This document shows, one piece after another, positions 24,161 to 35,740 of a stretch of 64,000 bases of DNA. The notes under the pieces are model-generated. The model worked only from the letters and a program-made list of their open reading frames with translations, made no database searches and was not told the origin of the DNA. The stretch comes from Macrostomum lignano. Its lineage: Eukaryota. How positions within the stretch are numbered: position 1 is the first letter of the stretch; each line of letters opens with the position of its first letter. The DNA is taken from contig NIVC01002087.1 of NCBI GenBank assembly GCA_002269645.1, forward strand, positions 1-64,000, read 5' to 3'. The translations under genes and the position numbers were made by a program.

Positions 24161-26102
24161 GCTGCGATAAAAAGCGAGCTAGAAAAAAGCCTACCAATGT
24201 CTAATTGCAACCGTAGTAAAACTGGCGACAACTTTGCCAATTTGCCAACTTGCAGAACAGGCAGCTCGAAACTCGATTTCTGGATCAAGGTCGTCGGAAA
24301 CGCCAGATCAGGAGGACAAGAAGGTCAGCTTCAGAAGAACGGCGTGGAATGCTTTTAAATGGTTTACCAATAAAACCCGAGCTCTGTTCGAAAACATGAC
24401 TTCATTGGAAACTGAAGGAAAACAGAAAGTTGCCGAGAAACTGCACGAGGAAGACGATAACGCCATGAAGGTTTGCTACATTCGGCTGCTTGATCGTTTC
24501 GCCAATCTAGGAATTTCAGGGGTTCCGTCAGCCTTGAACATTCCGTACCTCGCAATGCTTGGCATGGCACTACAATATTTTGGAACAAGGTTTTTGAAAA
24601 CTCCTCAAGCGAGCGGGTCAGCAGGTCATGCGGTCAGCTCAGCGATCTGCAAGCTGCTCCGCTACTACACTGGAGCCAGCAGCGACAGCCGCGTGCCCCA
24701 GCAGCTCAGCTTCGCGGAGGGCAGCGGAGCAGTCAGGGAGATGATGTCGGAGTCGGCCAGAGCTCTCAGCTTCGGCCCATCGGTGACTGCTGACACGGCG
24801 AGGTGGATGGCATCGGCGGGGCTGTTCCAATCGGCCACCGATGGCCGAGTTCGGTGCGCCTTCTGCCAGGGAGCGCTGGAGTCCGGCAGCCTCACTGAAG
24901 GAGAGTCGCCGATGCGGCTGCACGCCAGGCAGTTCCCCACGTGTCCGTTCGTGCTGGGGATGGACGTCGGCAACAAGCCGGACCTCGAGATGGACGGCGT
25001 GTCGCAGTCACAGCAGTGCAGCGAGGCCTCTGAGATGTCAACAGAGGTCGTGACGGAGCCCCAGACGGAGGACGAGTGGCGGTCGCTGGCGATGTCGGAC
25101 GGAAGTGCGGAACGTCCGACTGTCACACTGTCGGAACCAGAAGTTCTCGCTGCAGCTTCCCAGACGCCGCTGCCTCCGCCGCAGACGCTGCGGTCAGCCG
25201 CGGAGCCTCGAGCGGTGCAGGCACTCGAGATGCTTGAGCTCGAGGCGTCTCGGTTGCCGATCGAGCATCCGAACTTCGTCCGTCAGAGCGACCGATTGAG
25301 GACTCTCGAGAGCATCGAGCTGTTTGAGCCGGCAGATCAGTTCGCGTCAGCGGGGTTCTTCCTGCAGACGGCCGGGACGTTCAACTTGCTGATCTGCTTT
25401 GCTTGCAACCTGCGGATGTCCGTTGCGGGCTCCCAGCTGCTCGGCAACGCGTGGATCGCCCACGCCGGGTGGTCTCCGAGGTGCGGCCACCTGCTGAGCA
25501 GTCGAGGCGCCGCGTTCGTGAGACGAGCTCGACAGTTCGTGGCGCCTGACGTTGTGGCCCGCTTTTCAGAGATCCTGAGCTCGAGTCGTAATCACGGACA
25601 GCAGGATGAGAAACAATCACAGGCGAAAGCATCATACTCTGGAAACCTGGGAGTCAGGTACCGAATCGAGGCGAGAGAAATCCGAGCTCGCTCCGACGTT
25701 CCGTCAGCTCGAATGGCCATCCGTCTGGGATTCTCAGCTGCCGAGGTTCGCACAGCAATGGAGATGCGGCTGATGTTTGTTGGTGACGACTTCGCGACTT
25801 CTGATCAGCTGCTGGCGGCCGTTGTCAGCCAACACGACGCTCTGACTGTTCGCATGATGGAGACTGAAACATTCATAGAGGCCGAGCTGCACCGTCTGCG
25901 AAGCTCGTCAGCGTTTGGAGAGCCGGAGGAGTCGCCCGAGACGGACTGGCGCACCTGCAAGGTTTGCATGGTCCATCGGATTAACGTAATTTTGCTGGAC
26001 TGCGGTCACCTGTGCTGCTGCAGCCGCTGCTCTGCCAACCTGCAGACATGCCCCATCTGTCGGAAGGTGATTCTAGCCGAGGCGCCCGTGAGGTTCGAGT
26101 AG
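23847..26102 (+). CDS. Inhibitor of apoptosis (IAP/BIRC family): unknown N-domain-BIR-BIR-UBA-like-RING, intact
   Basis: BIR1: R..SF..ASAGLF..RVRCAFC..H..CPFV. BIR2: RLRTL..FASAGFF..CFAC..H..PRC. UBA-like: AIRLGFSAAEVRTAM. RING: CKVCM..ILLDCGHLCCCSRC..CPICR. The ORF track start is TTG. Predicted structure is exon 23847-23877 (ATG..ACCG|GTGAGG) plus exon 24256-26102 (TTGCAG|AACAG), both phase 1. The alternative start is the in-frame ATG at 24396. Confidence 0.93.
24113..24158. repeat. (AG)23 microsatellite in the predicted IAP intron
   Basis: Read directly. Confidence 0.95.
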
Positions 26103-26851
26103 CATGCAGACTCATTAATGAGACTTTGAGCAGTCACAAAAAATTGTTGTTGTTAGATTTTTTGTCCTGAAAGTTCCCACCCAGTTCGAATTAGTGGTCA
26201 ACTATATTAAGCAAAAGCTGTGGACACGACCCCAACGTAAGCCAAAAAGAAATAGCGATGTACCATCCAATTATTCTCCAATGGGATAGGCTGAAAAATG
26301 CTACATAAACCTCTGTTAAAACCAAGCAAGAAGCTCGCTCGCCCTCGGTTTGCTTTTGTCCTTCGCTCCTACCTGCGTACTACCTACACGTACCTATACC
26401 TACCTACAATTACCTATACCTACCTACCTACTTCTATTCTTTGACTCAAATAGAGGTCTCTAAGCACATATAGGAAAAACTACTTGGATTTAACGTTTGA
26501 TCGATTTTTAACCTCGCACCTAAGGATAACCGATACCCTCCTTAATTACACCAAATCAAAGTTTTCAGTTCGCCCGAAGTACTCGTATAAGTCCTTACAA
26601 CCAACTTGAACTAATTGACAAGTTTCTCAAGTCTTATAATTTTATATTCTCTGTGAGTTAACATCACCGCGATTAAGAAAATCAAATACAGACGGTCTAT
26701 AAGCAAATATCTTGTGTTTGCGTCATCTCATCAGGAAAAGTTTGCATTTTTCGTTGCTGCTTTAAAAGAGAATAAGGATCTTTCCCTGACGCTCTTTGGA
26801 TCCATTTAGCGATATGTAAGGCAGTTTTTATACTGAGCTGTTAGTAACAAC

Positions 26852-28848
26852 TGATGAGGACGCACTTTTTTTCCAAACCCCGCGCTAGCACATGGGCTCT
26901 AAACTTACTAGCCTACTAATAGTGGGCGATGGGCATTTTATCCTTTTTCTGCGAATAGGCGTAGAATCTATACTAGATATAATGTCTGGCCATACTAGTA
27001 GTCATAATAACATAGGCATTGCTTTTTGGGTCATAAATCATCGCTTTCGAAGCTGGTCTGACAGCCACCTGCGCCTCACTCAGTGTTGAGACGGGCGCCA
27101 GATGGTCTGAGAGGATGCGGGCGGTAGCTTTTTTCTCATCATTTTGACAGGCCATCAAGATTTATGAGGTCAGAGCCTATTGTTCGGATTCACTCAAGCG
27201 TGTGACAGCTTTGACAGCTATGCGTTTTACCCCTAAAAGTACTTTGGGATTAGCGATTAGCGATTTCTCTTCATTATCTTCACTTTCTATTTAATAAGAG
27301 CTTTCTAATGTATATTTTTCATTAATTTCTGTCAATCCTACGCGAAAAGTCATAAATCATTTTGTTGCGATTTTGAGTGATTTATGGCCGCACCTGTCAT
27401 CTTTTTACGACCCTGTGGAAACTGATAGGATCTCTCAGTCACGTGATTCTGGGTAGCAACAAGCTTAGCCAATCAGAAAATTCGGCGCTCATTCTAACAA
27501 AATGGCTCAGCCAATCAGAATCGACGTGTTCCATTATAACAAACTGCGGTCCAGTTGGCGGCTATTTAAACCGGTGTTTTTGGCCCGCTCGGACCTCAAC
27601 CTCCTGGGACCTTAGCCTAGCTTGAGACATCCCGGAGCGCGACCGTCGTCTCTTGATCCCCGGATTGCGACTTCCCCCATCATCATCAAGGATGAATCCC
27701 CCCGGTCATCAGCAGCGAACATCAAAGTTAAGATCATCACCTGCTAGCTATCAGCGGAGACTGTGACAGCATCATTTCGAGTCTACAGCTACAGAGCATC
27801 AAGCCGATTCGGTCACTGTGGATTACCCATGGTCTCTGGCTGTTGAGTTTCTGATTGGTTGGGTGAGAGGCTACCTAGACTTGCTTGATTGGGTGATCCC
27901 CTATCTGTCCCCTGTTTCAGTAGCTGAATTGGGCGCACACTTTTGCTCATTTTGTTCAGTAGTGCTGTTACTGAGGCAGAAATCATTCAATAATACTGCT
28001 AGTAGTCTGAAACTCCAATTCGATCTGAAGTGTGAAGTGATCTAAGAAGGTTAAATCTAACAGTAATTTTTATCGGTTTTATTTCTTTGTTCGCCGATGG
28101 CTCAGATGAGTAGCTAAGCTAGTAGGCGCCGGTCACAGTGGACCAATGGCAAGGCGGTTCTCAGTCGATCAATCAATCAAATCAGTGAGCAAAACTGCCA
28201 GAAGTGCAGAATCGGCGCCAGAGATGTACTTTGTGCACTCTAGGTTAGCCAAGCGGCTCGGGTAATGAATCATGCGGTCTCTGATGTTCGAGTTAGTCTA
28301 TCATCAGCGCTAAGAGAGGCTGGTTGGCGCGTTGAAGGCCAAAAGTACAATTCTTCGTATTTAGCAATGTAATAGTACATACCAGGTATGTAGCTACCCC
28401 ATAGACTCGCCACTGCAAGAATCCCCTGCACAAGTCCCCTCTGTACCTGCATGGCCAATGCGATCTAGTCCCAGCAGTGTCCCTTATCATCGGCTATGAC
28501 TTCGAGATTGACAGCAAAAAGACACTAGTTGGCAGGTAAGTGCAAAGCCCCTTCTAGTCGGAAGCCCGATTTCGAGAGTCCCAGTGTGGTGAGCCAGGGC
28601 GCACGGGCTGGTGGCAGCGAGTTAGCTTAGTCAGCGGATGAGCTAATTTCTATCTTCAAAATTCTCCCTGCTTGTCTCTCGCTGTCCCTCTCTTAGCTAT
28701 AGGACCTAGACTGCTCGCCACACGATCAAGCTACCATGGGGCTGACCATCTGACAGGAGTGGGGGGCCAGGACTCTAATTGATTTGTTTCTGAGGCCTGA
28801 GGCCCGAAGGCTTCCCCACAAAGGGGCCTGAAAGGTCGAAACCCATCA
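26852..28848 (+). mobile_element. ~2-kb LTR-like direct repeat, copy R2, flanked by an exact 35-bp direct repeat
   Basis: Homologous to R1 over 26852-28785 (about 12 mismatches in a 190-bp test window; the first ~150 bp are more diverged). TAAGGCAGTTTTTATACTGAGCTGTTAGTAACAAC occurs at 26817-26851 and 28849-28883. Termini are TGATG..CATCA. Confidence 0.85.
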
Positions 28849-29139
28849 TAAGGCAGTTTTTATACTGAGCTGTTAGTAACAACATTTATGTGTGTGGAGT
28901 ACATATACAGTCACATTTTGTGCAAAAAGTTTTATGTATTTTGCATCGACAAAAACAAAACTATTATTGTTCCAAACATGTATTAAAAATCCGCTTGTTG
29001 ATTACAATACATGTGCATATAATAATACTTTATGATTCTATTTTGGTGTAACAATAAGTCTTAATTGTATCTACCATACAGATTATTAGTTACCAGTAGA
29101 TCTACACACAGATACCAAGCGGGAATCCCCCCTCCTGAC

Positions 29140-29370
29140 AACATTTTGTTGCGCACCTTCTCAAACAAGAACCAAGTCCCTAGCCCTCCGGACCGTCGAG
29201 ATACTCGACGATTCTGCCAGAAGGTCGGATTTTTCCCATAAGCGCCAGTGTATTCAGTACACCCCTGTGCGCCAATCAGCACTGCGCCTCAGTGCAGCCT
29301 TGCCGAGCCTCCAAATTTCATCAGCACGTCGACCACATGTGTCTGCATCAGTTCTGACTTCCTTAGTCAC
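29140..29370 (+). repeat. Dispersed repeat, partner of 13030-13245, contains a CCAAT box
   Basis: See the 13030-13245 entry. Confidence 0.9.
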
Positions 29371-29790
29371 TGGCAATCACCCTGGCGGAGCTTCTGGACC
29401 TTCAACAAGTATAGCACAAGGAGACTATGAAGACACTGTAGCAAATTTATCGAGTTTCGCTTATATCAAGCCTCGACAGGTGGGCAAACTCCAACTACTG
29501 GACAACATCAGCTTAGTCCTCTCAAGCATTCAGTCGTCACCCAACGCTGTCGGCACCTTCAAAAGGGATAAAAAGTAATAAGTAACGTCCCTGAGACGAA
29601 ACAAAGTCACTTCACTTATGATTCTCGTGGAAGCTGGTTTCTACAAAAATGATGAGTAAATAATAAGTATTATATTAAGCATTAAGCACTCCTTGCTGAT
29701 TGCTTATGTACAATATTGTAATTCGTTACGCACGTGTTGATGATCAATTTCCAAGAATCTTATGTTGGGAATCTTATGTTGATGCAAATA

Positions 29791-30014
29791 CACCTTTTCA
29801 CGTTCAATTTTGAACAAAGTCCAGTTCTAAAAAAACTAGCGGAAATTCAATTCAGACAATTCCGACTGGGGCAACAAACCCCAGTTCAAAACATTATGCA
29901 ACCGAAGCAAGTTTTAGCCATAGACAAAATTGTCCCCAGTCTGAATTGTCTGAATTGAATTTCTGCTAGTTCTTTTAGAACTGGACTTTGTTCAAAATTG
30001 AACGTGAAAAGGTG
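29791..30014. mobile_element. MITE with long TIRs and TA target duplication (Tc1/mariner-type)
   Basis: TA|CACCTTTTCACGTTCAATTTTGAACAAAGTCCAGTTCTAAAA.. and ..TTTTAGAACTGGACTTTGTTCAAAATTGAACGTGAAAAGGTG|TA. A second, left-truncated copy lies at 57111-57300. Confidence 0.88.
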
Positions 30015-30188
30015 TACTCGTAGGTTTAAAAGAATCATTCTTTGTCAAAGGGCTTTGTCGTTATTTTTGTTCGACTAAAACATGAAGATAGAATTGAATT
30101 ATCGCAAAATACAACAAATTTGACGTTACATTGAAGGACTCGCATAAGATGCAAGGTCATATGATAGGGCATGGCCCTGACAAGGGAC

Positions 30189-30471
30189 TTGCTGAGATGC
30201 CAATTGGCTCAAACTGGATGAGTTGCTAAGATGCCAATTGGCTCAAACTGGGGGAGTTGCTGAGATGCCAATTGGCTCAAACTGGGGGAGTTGCTGAGAT
30301 GCCAATTGGCTCAAACTGGGGGAGTTGCTGAGATGCCAATTGGCTCAAACTGGGGGAGTTGCTAAGATGCCAATTGGCTCAAATTGGGGGAGTTGCTGAG
30401 ATGCCAATTGGCTCAAATTGGGAGAGTTGCTGAGATGCCAATTGGCTCAAATTGGGGGAGTTGCTGAGATG
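30189..30471. repeat. 34-bp minisatellite (TTGCTGAGATGCCAATTGGCTCAAACTGGGGGAG), about 8 copies
   Basis: Tandem array read directly. Confidence 0.95.
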
Positions 30472-31409
30472 CTTTTTGCGAGTTACTAAATTCTGACAAA
30501 ATAAAACTAAGTAAAAGTTACGTTGAGCTAACAAATATTTAGTTAGAAAACAAACAAACAAATCTGCAAGCAGTTTAGACAAGAGAGATATTTTATTTGC
30601 ATAGCCCTCGTAATTATTGCATATTTGCTTCAAAATAAAATCGTTATGTAGTTTGTTTTTCAAGTTCTAACAATTATTAATAACTTAAAAGCACATATAA
30701 TTTTACCTATCATAGCTGTAAACTTGAATATCATTACTTGAAAGTTATTAATAAGGAGTAATTAGATAATAATGATATCCATAATTAATTACCAATGACA
30801 TTTGCACGTCTTGCAGCAGAGATATGTCACACTATAACAATTATAAATTATCGAAAATAAGATAAAAAACTATTCAGTTATGTGATAATTGCTGCAGTTA
30901 TGTTCATTTCAATAAGGGAAGATCAATGGATTTCAAGGTATGCCAGGCATAACTATACACATAGACAGAGAAAATAGAGTTTAATAATGATCATAAACTA
31001 AGCTAAGGTAATAAACCGCAATTAAACCCCGCTAAGGCAACATTGTCGGTTTTTTATAGAAGCACATTTTATTTGCTCAGAGCTACACTAAGCTTATATT
31101 CTTACTTTATCATGGGTGAGAGTCTTGATATAAAACATGCCTATAATAAACACATTAAGCAAAAAGTCAACAGCATGAACAGGTAGAAACCAGAAAATCT
31201 GCTGCTAAAAATATAATGAGACACGCTTCTAATTTCACATTTGTTTCAAAAAAGCATGACAAAAATCCACTAAGTTTACTACTTAAGCAAATAAGTAGGT
31301 TAGAAAGCATTGTTTCATAAATAAATAAATGTGTGTAGGGTACTCTGCTACTGTAGATCCAGCCTGACACTGGCTAAATTAAAGTCTTCTTTCAGTCAAT
31401 CAATTGCTG

Positions 31410-34400
31410 TCAAGTCTGGGCAGTTTGGCTATTGACGTGCTCAACAAACTCGTCTATGAGGGAGGGCCAGGCACCTGAAAATAGAGTGATTGATTATCAG
31501 CTCTTGACATCAGCTTCATTTAAGAAGAAAACAAATTTTATTAGCAACAGAAATTAGAAACACTTGGATATGATCCAAGTGACTGAATTAACAGGTGTTA
31601 GTGACTCAGACATGATTATCAGCAGGTGATGGAGTGACTCAGACATGATTATCAACATGATGGAGTGACTCAGATAGGTTTATCCACATGTGATGGAGTG
31701 ACTCAGATATGATTATCAACAGGTGATGGAGTGACTCAGATATGATTATCAGCAGGTGATGGAGTGAGTCAGATATGATTATCAGCAGGTGATGGAGTGA
31801 CTCGGATATGATTATCAACAGGTGATGGAGTGACTCAGATATGATTATCAACAGGTGTCAGAGTGACTCAGATATGATTATCAGCAGGTGATGGAGTGAG
31901 TCAGATATGATTATCAGCAGGTGATGGAGTGAGTCAGATATGATTATCAGCAGGTGATGGAGTGACTATATGATTATCAACAGGTGATGGAGTGACTCAG
32001 ATATGATTATCAGCAGGTGATGGAGTGACTCAGATATGATTATCAACAGGTGTTAGAGTGACTCAGATATGATTATCAGCAGGTGATGGAGTGACTCAGA
32101 CATGATTCTCAACATGTGATGGAGTGACTCAGACATGATTATCAACAGGTGTCAGAGTGACTCAGATATGATTATTAACAGGTGCTAGAGTGACTCAGAT
32201 ATGATTATCAACAGGTGATGGAGTGACTTAGATATGATTATTAACAGGTGCTAGAGTGACTCAGATATGATTATCAACATGTGATGGATTGACTCAGATA
32301 TGATTATCAACATGTGATGGAGTGACTCAGATATGATTATCAGCAGGTGATGGAGTGACTCAGATATGATTATCAACAGGTGATGGAGTGACTCAGATAT
32401 GATTATCAGCAGGTGATGGAGTGACTCAGACATGATTCTCAACATGTGATGGAGTGACTCAGACATGATTATCAACAGGTGTCAGAGTGACTCAGATATG
32501 ATTATTAACAGGTGCTAGAGTGACTCAGATATGATTATCAACATGTGATGGAGTGACTAAGATATGGTTATCAACATGTGATGCAGTGACTCAGATATGA
32601 TTATCAAAATGTGCTAGAGTGACCCAGATATGATTATCAACAGGTGATGGAGTGACTCAGATATGATTATTAACAGGTGCTAGAGTGACTCAGATATGAT
32701 TATCAACAGGTGATGGAGTGACTTAGATATGATTATTAACAGGTGCTAGAGTGACTCAGATATGATTATCAACATGTGATGGAGTGACTAAGATATGGTT
32801 ATCAACATGTGATGCAGTGACTCAGATATGATTATCAAAATGTGCTAGAGTGACCCAGATATGATTATCAACAGTTGCTAGAGTGACCCAGATATGATTA
32901 TCAACAGTTGCTAGAGTGACCCAGATATGATAATCAACAGTTGCTAGAGTGACCCAGATATGATTATCAACAGGTGATGGAGTGACTCAGATATGATTAT
33001 TAACAGGTGCTAGAGTGACTCAGATATGATTATCAACAGGTGATGGAGTGACTTAGATATGATTATCAAAAGGTGCTAGAGTGACTTAGATATGATTATT
33101 AACAGGTGCTAGAGTGACTTAGATATGATTATCAACAGGTGGTGGAGTGACTTAGATATGATTATCAACAGGTGATGGAGTGACTTAGATATGATTATCA
33201 ACAGGTGGTGGAGTGACTTAGATATGATTATCAACAGGTGGTGGAGTGACTTAGATATGATTATCAACAGGTGGTAAACTGATCTGGGAGCTGCTGATGG
33301 TCGCTGGAAACTCACCATTGGGATCGTATTCAGCCAAATTGTCCGGATTGCTAATAAAATCGAAGAACAAATTCCAAGTGTCCCTTGAGATGCCTCGCAC
33401 TTTGTTCTCCTGAAGGAACTGGCACCATTGCTTCAGTAGCTTAGCGAACGGACGGCCCTCCAGCAGAAGCTGCCAGTACGGGATGGCTGTGTCTATGGCT
33501 GAAAAGGGTGCGCGTCATTAATACAGTGCACTGCCTTTAGTTGGCGGCTCTGGGGTCTGGGAGGCTGGTGGCTCAGCAACTGGGGATCTGGGAGGCTGGT
33601 GGCTCAGCAACTGAGGATCTGGGAGGCTGGTGGCTCAGCAACTAAGGATCTGGGAGGCTGGTGGCTCAGCAACTGAGGATCTGGGAGGCTGGTGGCTCAG
33701 CAACTGGGGATCTGGGAGGCTGGTGGCTCAGCAACTGGGGATCTGGGAGGCCGGTGGCCCAGCAACTGGGGATCTGGGAGGCTGGTGGCTCAGCAACTGG
33801 GGATCTGAGAGGCCGGTGGCCCAGCAACTGGGGATCTGGGAGGCTGGCCAAGCAACTGAGGATCTGGGAGGCTGGTGGCCCAGCAACTGAGGATCTGGGA
33901 GGCTGGTGGCCAACTGAGGATCTGGGAGGCTGGTGGCCAACTGAGGATCTGGGAGGCTGGCCCAGCAACTGACACTCTGGGAGGCTGGCCCAGCAACTGA
34001 GGATCTGGGAGGCTGGCCCAGCAACTGACACTCTGGGAGGCTGGCCCAGCAACTGAGGATCTGGGAGGCTGGCCCAGCAACTGAAGATCTGGGAGGATGG
34101 ATCAGCAACTGAGGATCTGGGAGGCTGGTGGCCCAGCAACTGAGGATCTGGGAGGCTGGCCCAGCAACTGACACTCTGGGAGGCTGGCCCAGCAACTGAC
34201 ACTCTGGGAGGCTGGCCCAGCAACTGAGGATCTGGGAGGCTGGTGGCCCAGCAACTAAGGATTTAGGAGGCTGGCCTATCTGGGGATCTGAAGGGGCGGC
34301 AGACAACTCACCGAGCACCTTAGCATCGCGAGACTCCCTGGCAAAGTTGAAGGTAAAGGCGTACAGATCCCTGAGCTGGTCCCTATTCTGGCCGAGTCCC

Positions 34401-35740
34401 CGCTCCACCTGGTTCAGCCTCGGTTTCAGTTTGTCCAGCGAGTCGACGCCCAGTCTGGCCATGCCCCGCACAAATTCTGTCCGGGTGAACTCGCCCTGTA
34501 CGCTGGCGTCCAGTTGCCAGGCAAGCACTAGGGCAGTGAGAGACACCGGATCGATTGAGGTGTCCTCCAATAGTCTGAAGATACCGCTGGCTGACATTTT
34601 GTCCGGATCTTCGATGGACCTGAGTTCGCATTTTATAATTAGAGCAGATGATTAAGAGATTAACAGAACGATAGCGTTCTAAGGCAGTTTTGGAGAAAGC
34701 GATTTTCTTGTAGGGTTGAGGGGCGATTTTTTTGTAGGGTCGAGGGGCGATTTTTTGTGGGGTTGAGGGGCGATTTTTTGTGGGGTTGAGGGGCGATTTT
34801 TTCTGGGGTTTTCGATTTTCGATTTTCGAAAGCGATTTTCTTGTAGGGTTGAGGGGCGATTTTTTTGTAGGGTCGAGGGGCGATTTTTTGTGGGGTTGAG
34901 GGGCGATTTTTTGTGGGGTTGAGGGGCGATTTTTTCTGGGGTTTTCGATTTTCGATTTTCGAAAGCGATTTTCTTGTAGGGTTGAGGAGCGATTTTTTTG
35001 TAGGGTCGAGGGGCGATTTTTTGTGGGGTTGAGGGGCGATTTTTTGTGGGGTTGAGGGGCGATTTTTTCTGGGGGCGATTTTTTGAGGCTTAGGGGCGAT
35101 TTTCTTGTGAGACTGAGGGGCGATTTTATTGTAGGGTTGAGGGGCGATTTTCTTGTGAGGCTGAAGGGCGATTTTCTTGTGAGGCTGGCTGAGGGGCGAT
35201 TTTATTGTGGGGCTGAGGGGCGATTTTCTTGTGATATTGAGGGCGATTTTCTAGTAGGGTTGAGGGGCTTTTTTGCTTGTAGGGCTGAGGGGCGATTTTC
35301 TTGTGATGTTGAGGGGCGATTTTCTTGTGATGTTGAGGGGCGATTTTCTTGTGATGCTTTATAATGTTTTTATTAGATGTTTTGCATTTGACTAGAGAAT
35401 CTGGAGGAAATGTTGAAAACAAAATTTTAGATATTTTATGGACTTTAAAACGCTGTGACTCAAGAGCTTACTGGGAACATTGATCGCGCAAGTAGGGTTT
35501 ATGGCAGGCTGTTTAGACAGCAAGTCAGACTCACTTATAGGAGTTAAACAGAGCTGTAATTTTTCTAGTGTCAGCACTTGGCTTCTCTTCATACTTTGCG
35601 GGGCTGCTATAAAAATCGTCAACTGCAGCGTCTAACTTCCAGGAATTCTGGCTTAGACAGAAAATGGCAACAGACTCAGAGGCCTCTGTGCATTGGATGA
35701 ACCTCTGCACCACCTCCCTCTGGTCGCGGCGTAATTGATG
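31410..35740 (-). CDS. DCN1: DCN1-like neddylation co-E3 (UBA-like plus PONY/DCUN1 domain), spliced
   Basis: Exons 35740-35535 (HQLRRDQREVVQRF..LSQNSWKLDAAVDDFY), 34619-34312 (..LAWQLDA..GEFTRTEFVRGM..DLYAFTFNFAR), 33498-33316 (..TAIPYWQLLL..ISRDTWNLFFDF..YDPN) and 31474-31410 (GAWPSLIDEFVEH..stop). All junctions are GT-AG with matching phases (2,1,1). An upstream ATG-only exon is required but was not located. Total about 254 aa. Confidence 0.93.
31590..33275. repeat. 33-bp minisatellite (GGTGATGGAGTGACTCAGATATGATTATCAACA), about 50 copies, filling the last DCN1 intron
   Basis: Tandem array read directly. Confidence 0.97.
33555..34290 (-). repeat. 28/31-bp minisatellite (sense CAGCCTCCCAGATCCTCAGTTGCTGGGC) filling a DCN1 intron
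   Basis: Reverse complement of the arrays at 51940-52330 and 57920-58385. Confidence 0.97.
34695..35360. repeat. ~23-bp minisatellite (GAGGGGCGATTTTTTGTGGGGTT) with a higher-order block of about 135 bp, in a DCN1 intron
   Basis: Tandem units. The block ending TTTTCGATTTTCGATTTTCGAAAGCG recurs at about 34810 and 34945. Confidence 0.93.

Noticed and set aside
6222-26102. Endogenous DNA virus or Polinton explaining the IAPs (and the CK1-like ORF)
   Set aside because: No capsid, protein-primed polymerase, packaging ATPase or other viral core gene is recognisable. The IAPs have a metazoan UBA-RING layout and plausible introns.
13030-29370. The inverted 13.0-kb/29.1-kb repeat as the boundary of one large inverted duplication containing both IAPs
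   Set aside because: It is 5' of copy 1 but 3' of copy 2, so the geometry does not fit, and the IAP flanks are not homologous.
33728-34597. 289-aa ORF as a DCN1 fusion with a repetitive C-terminus (likewise the 51386-52225 ORF for EXT1)
   Set aside because: This is read-through of a real exon into an intronic satellite. Canonical donors at 34311 and 51892 splice in phase to the next conserved exon.
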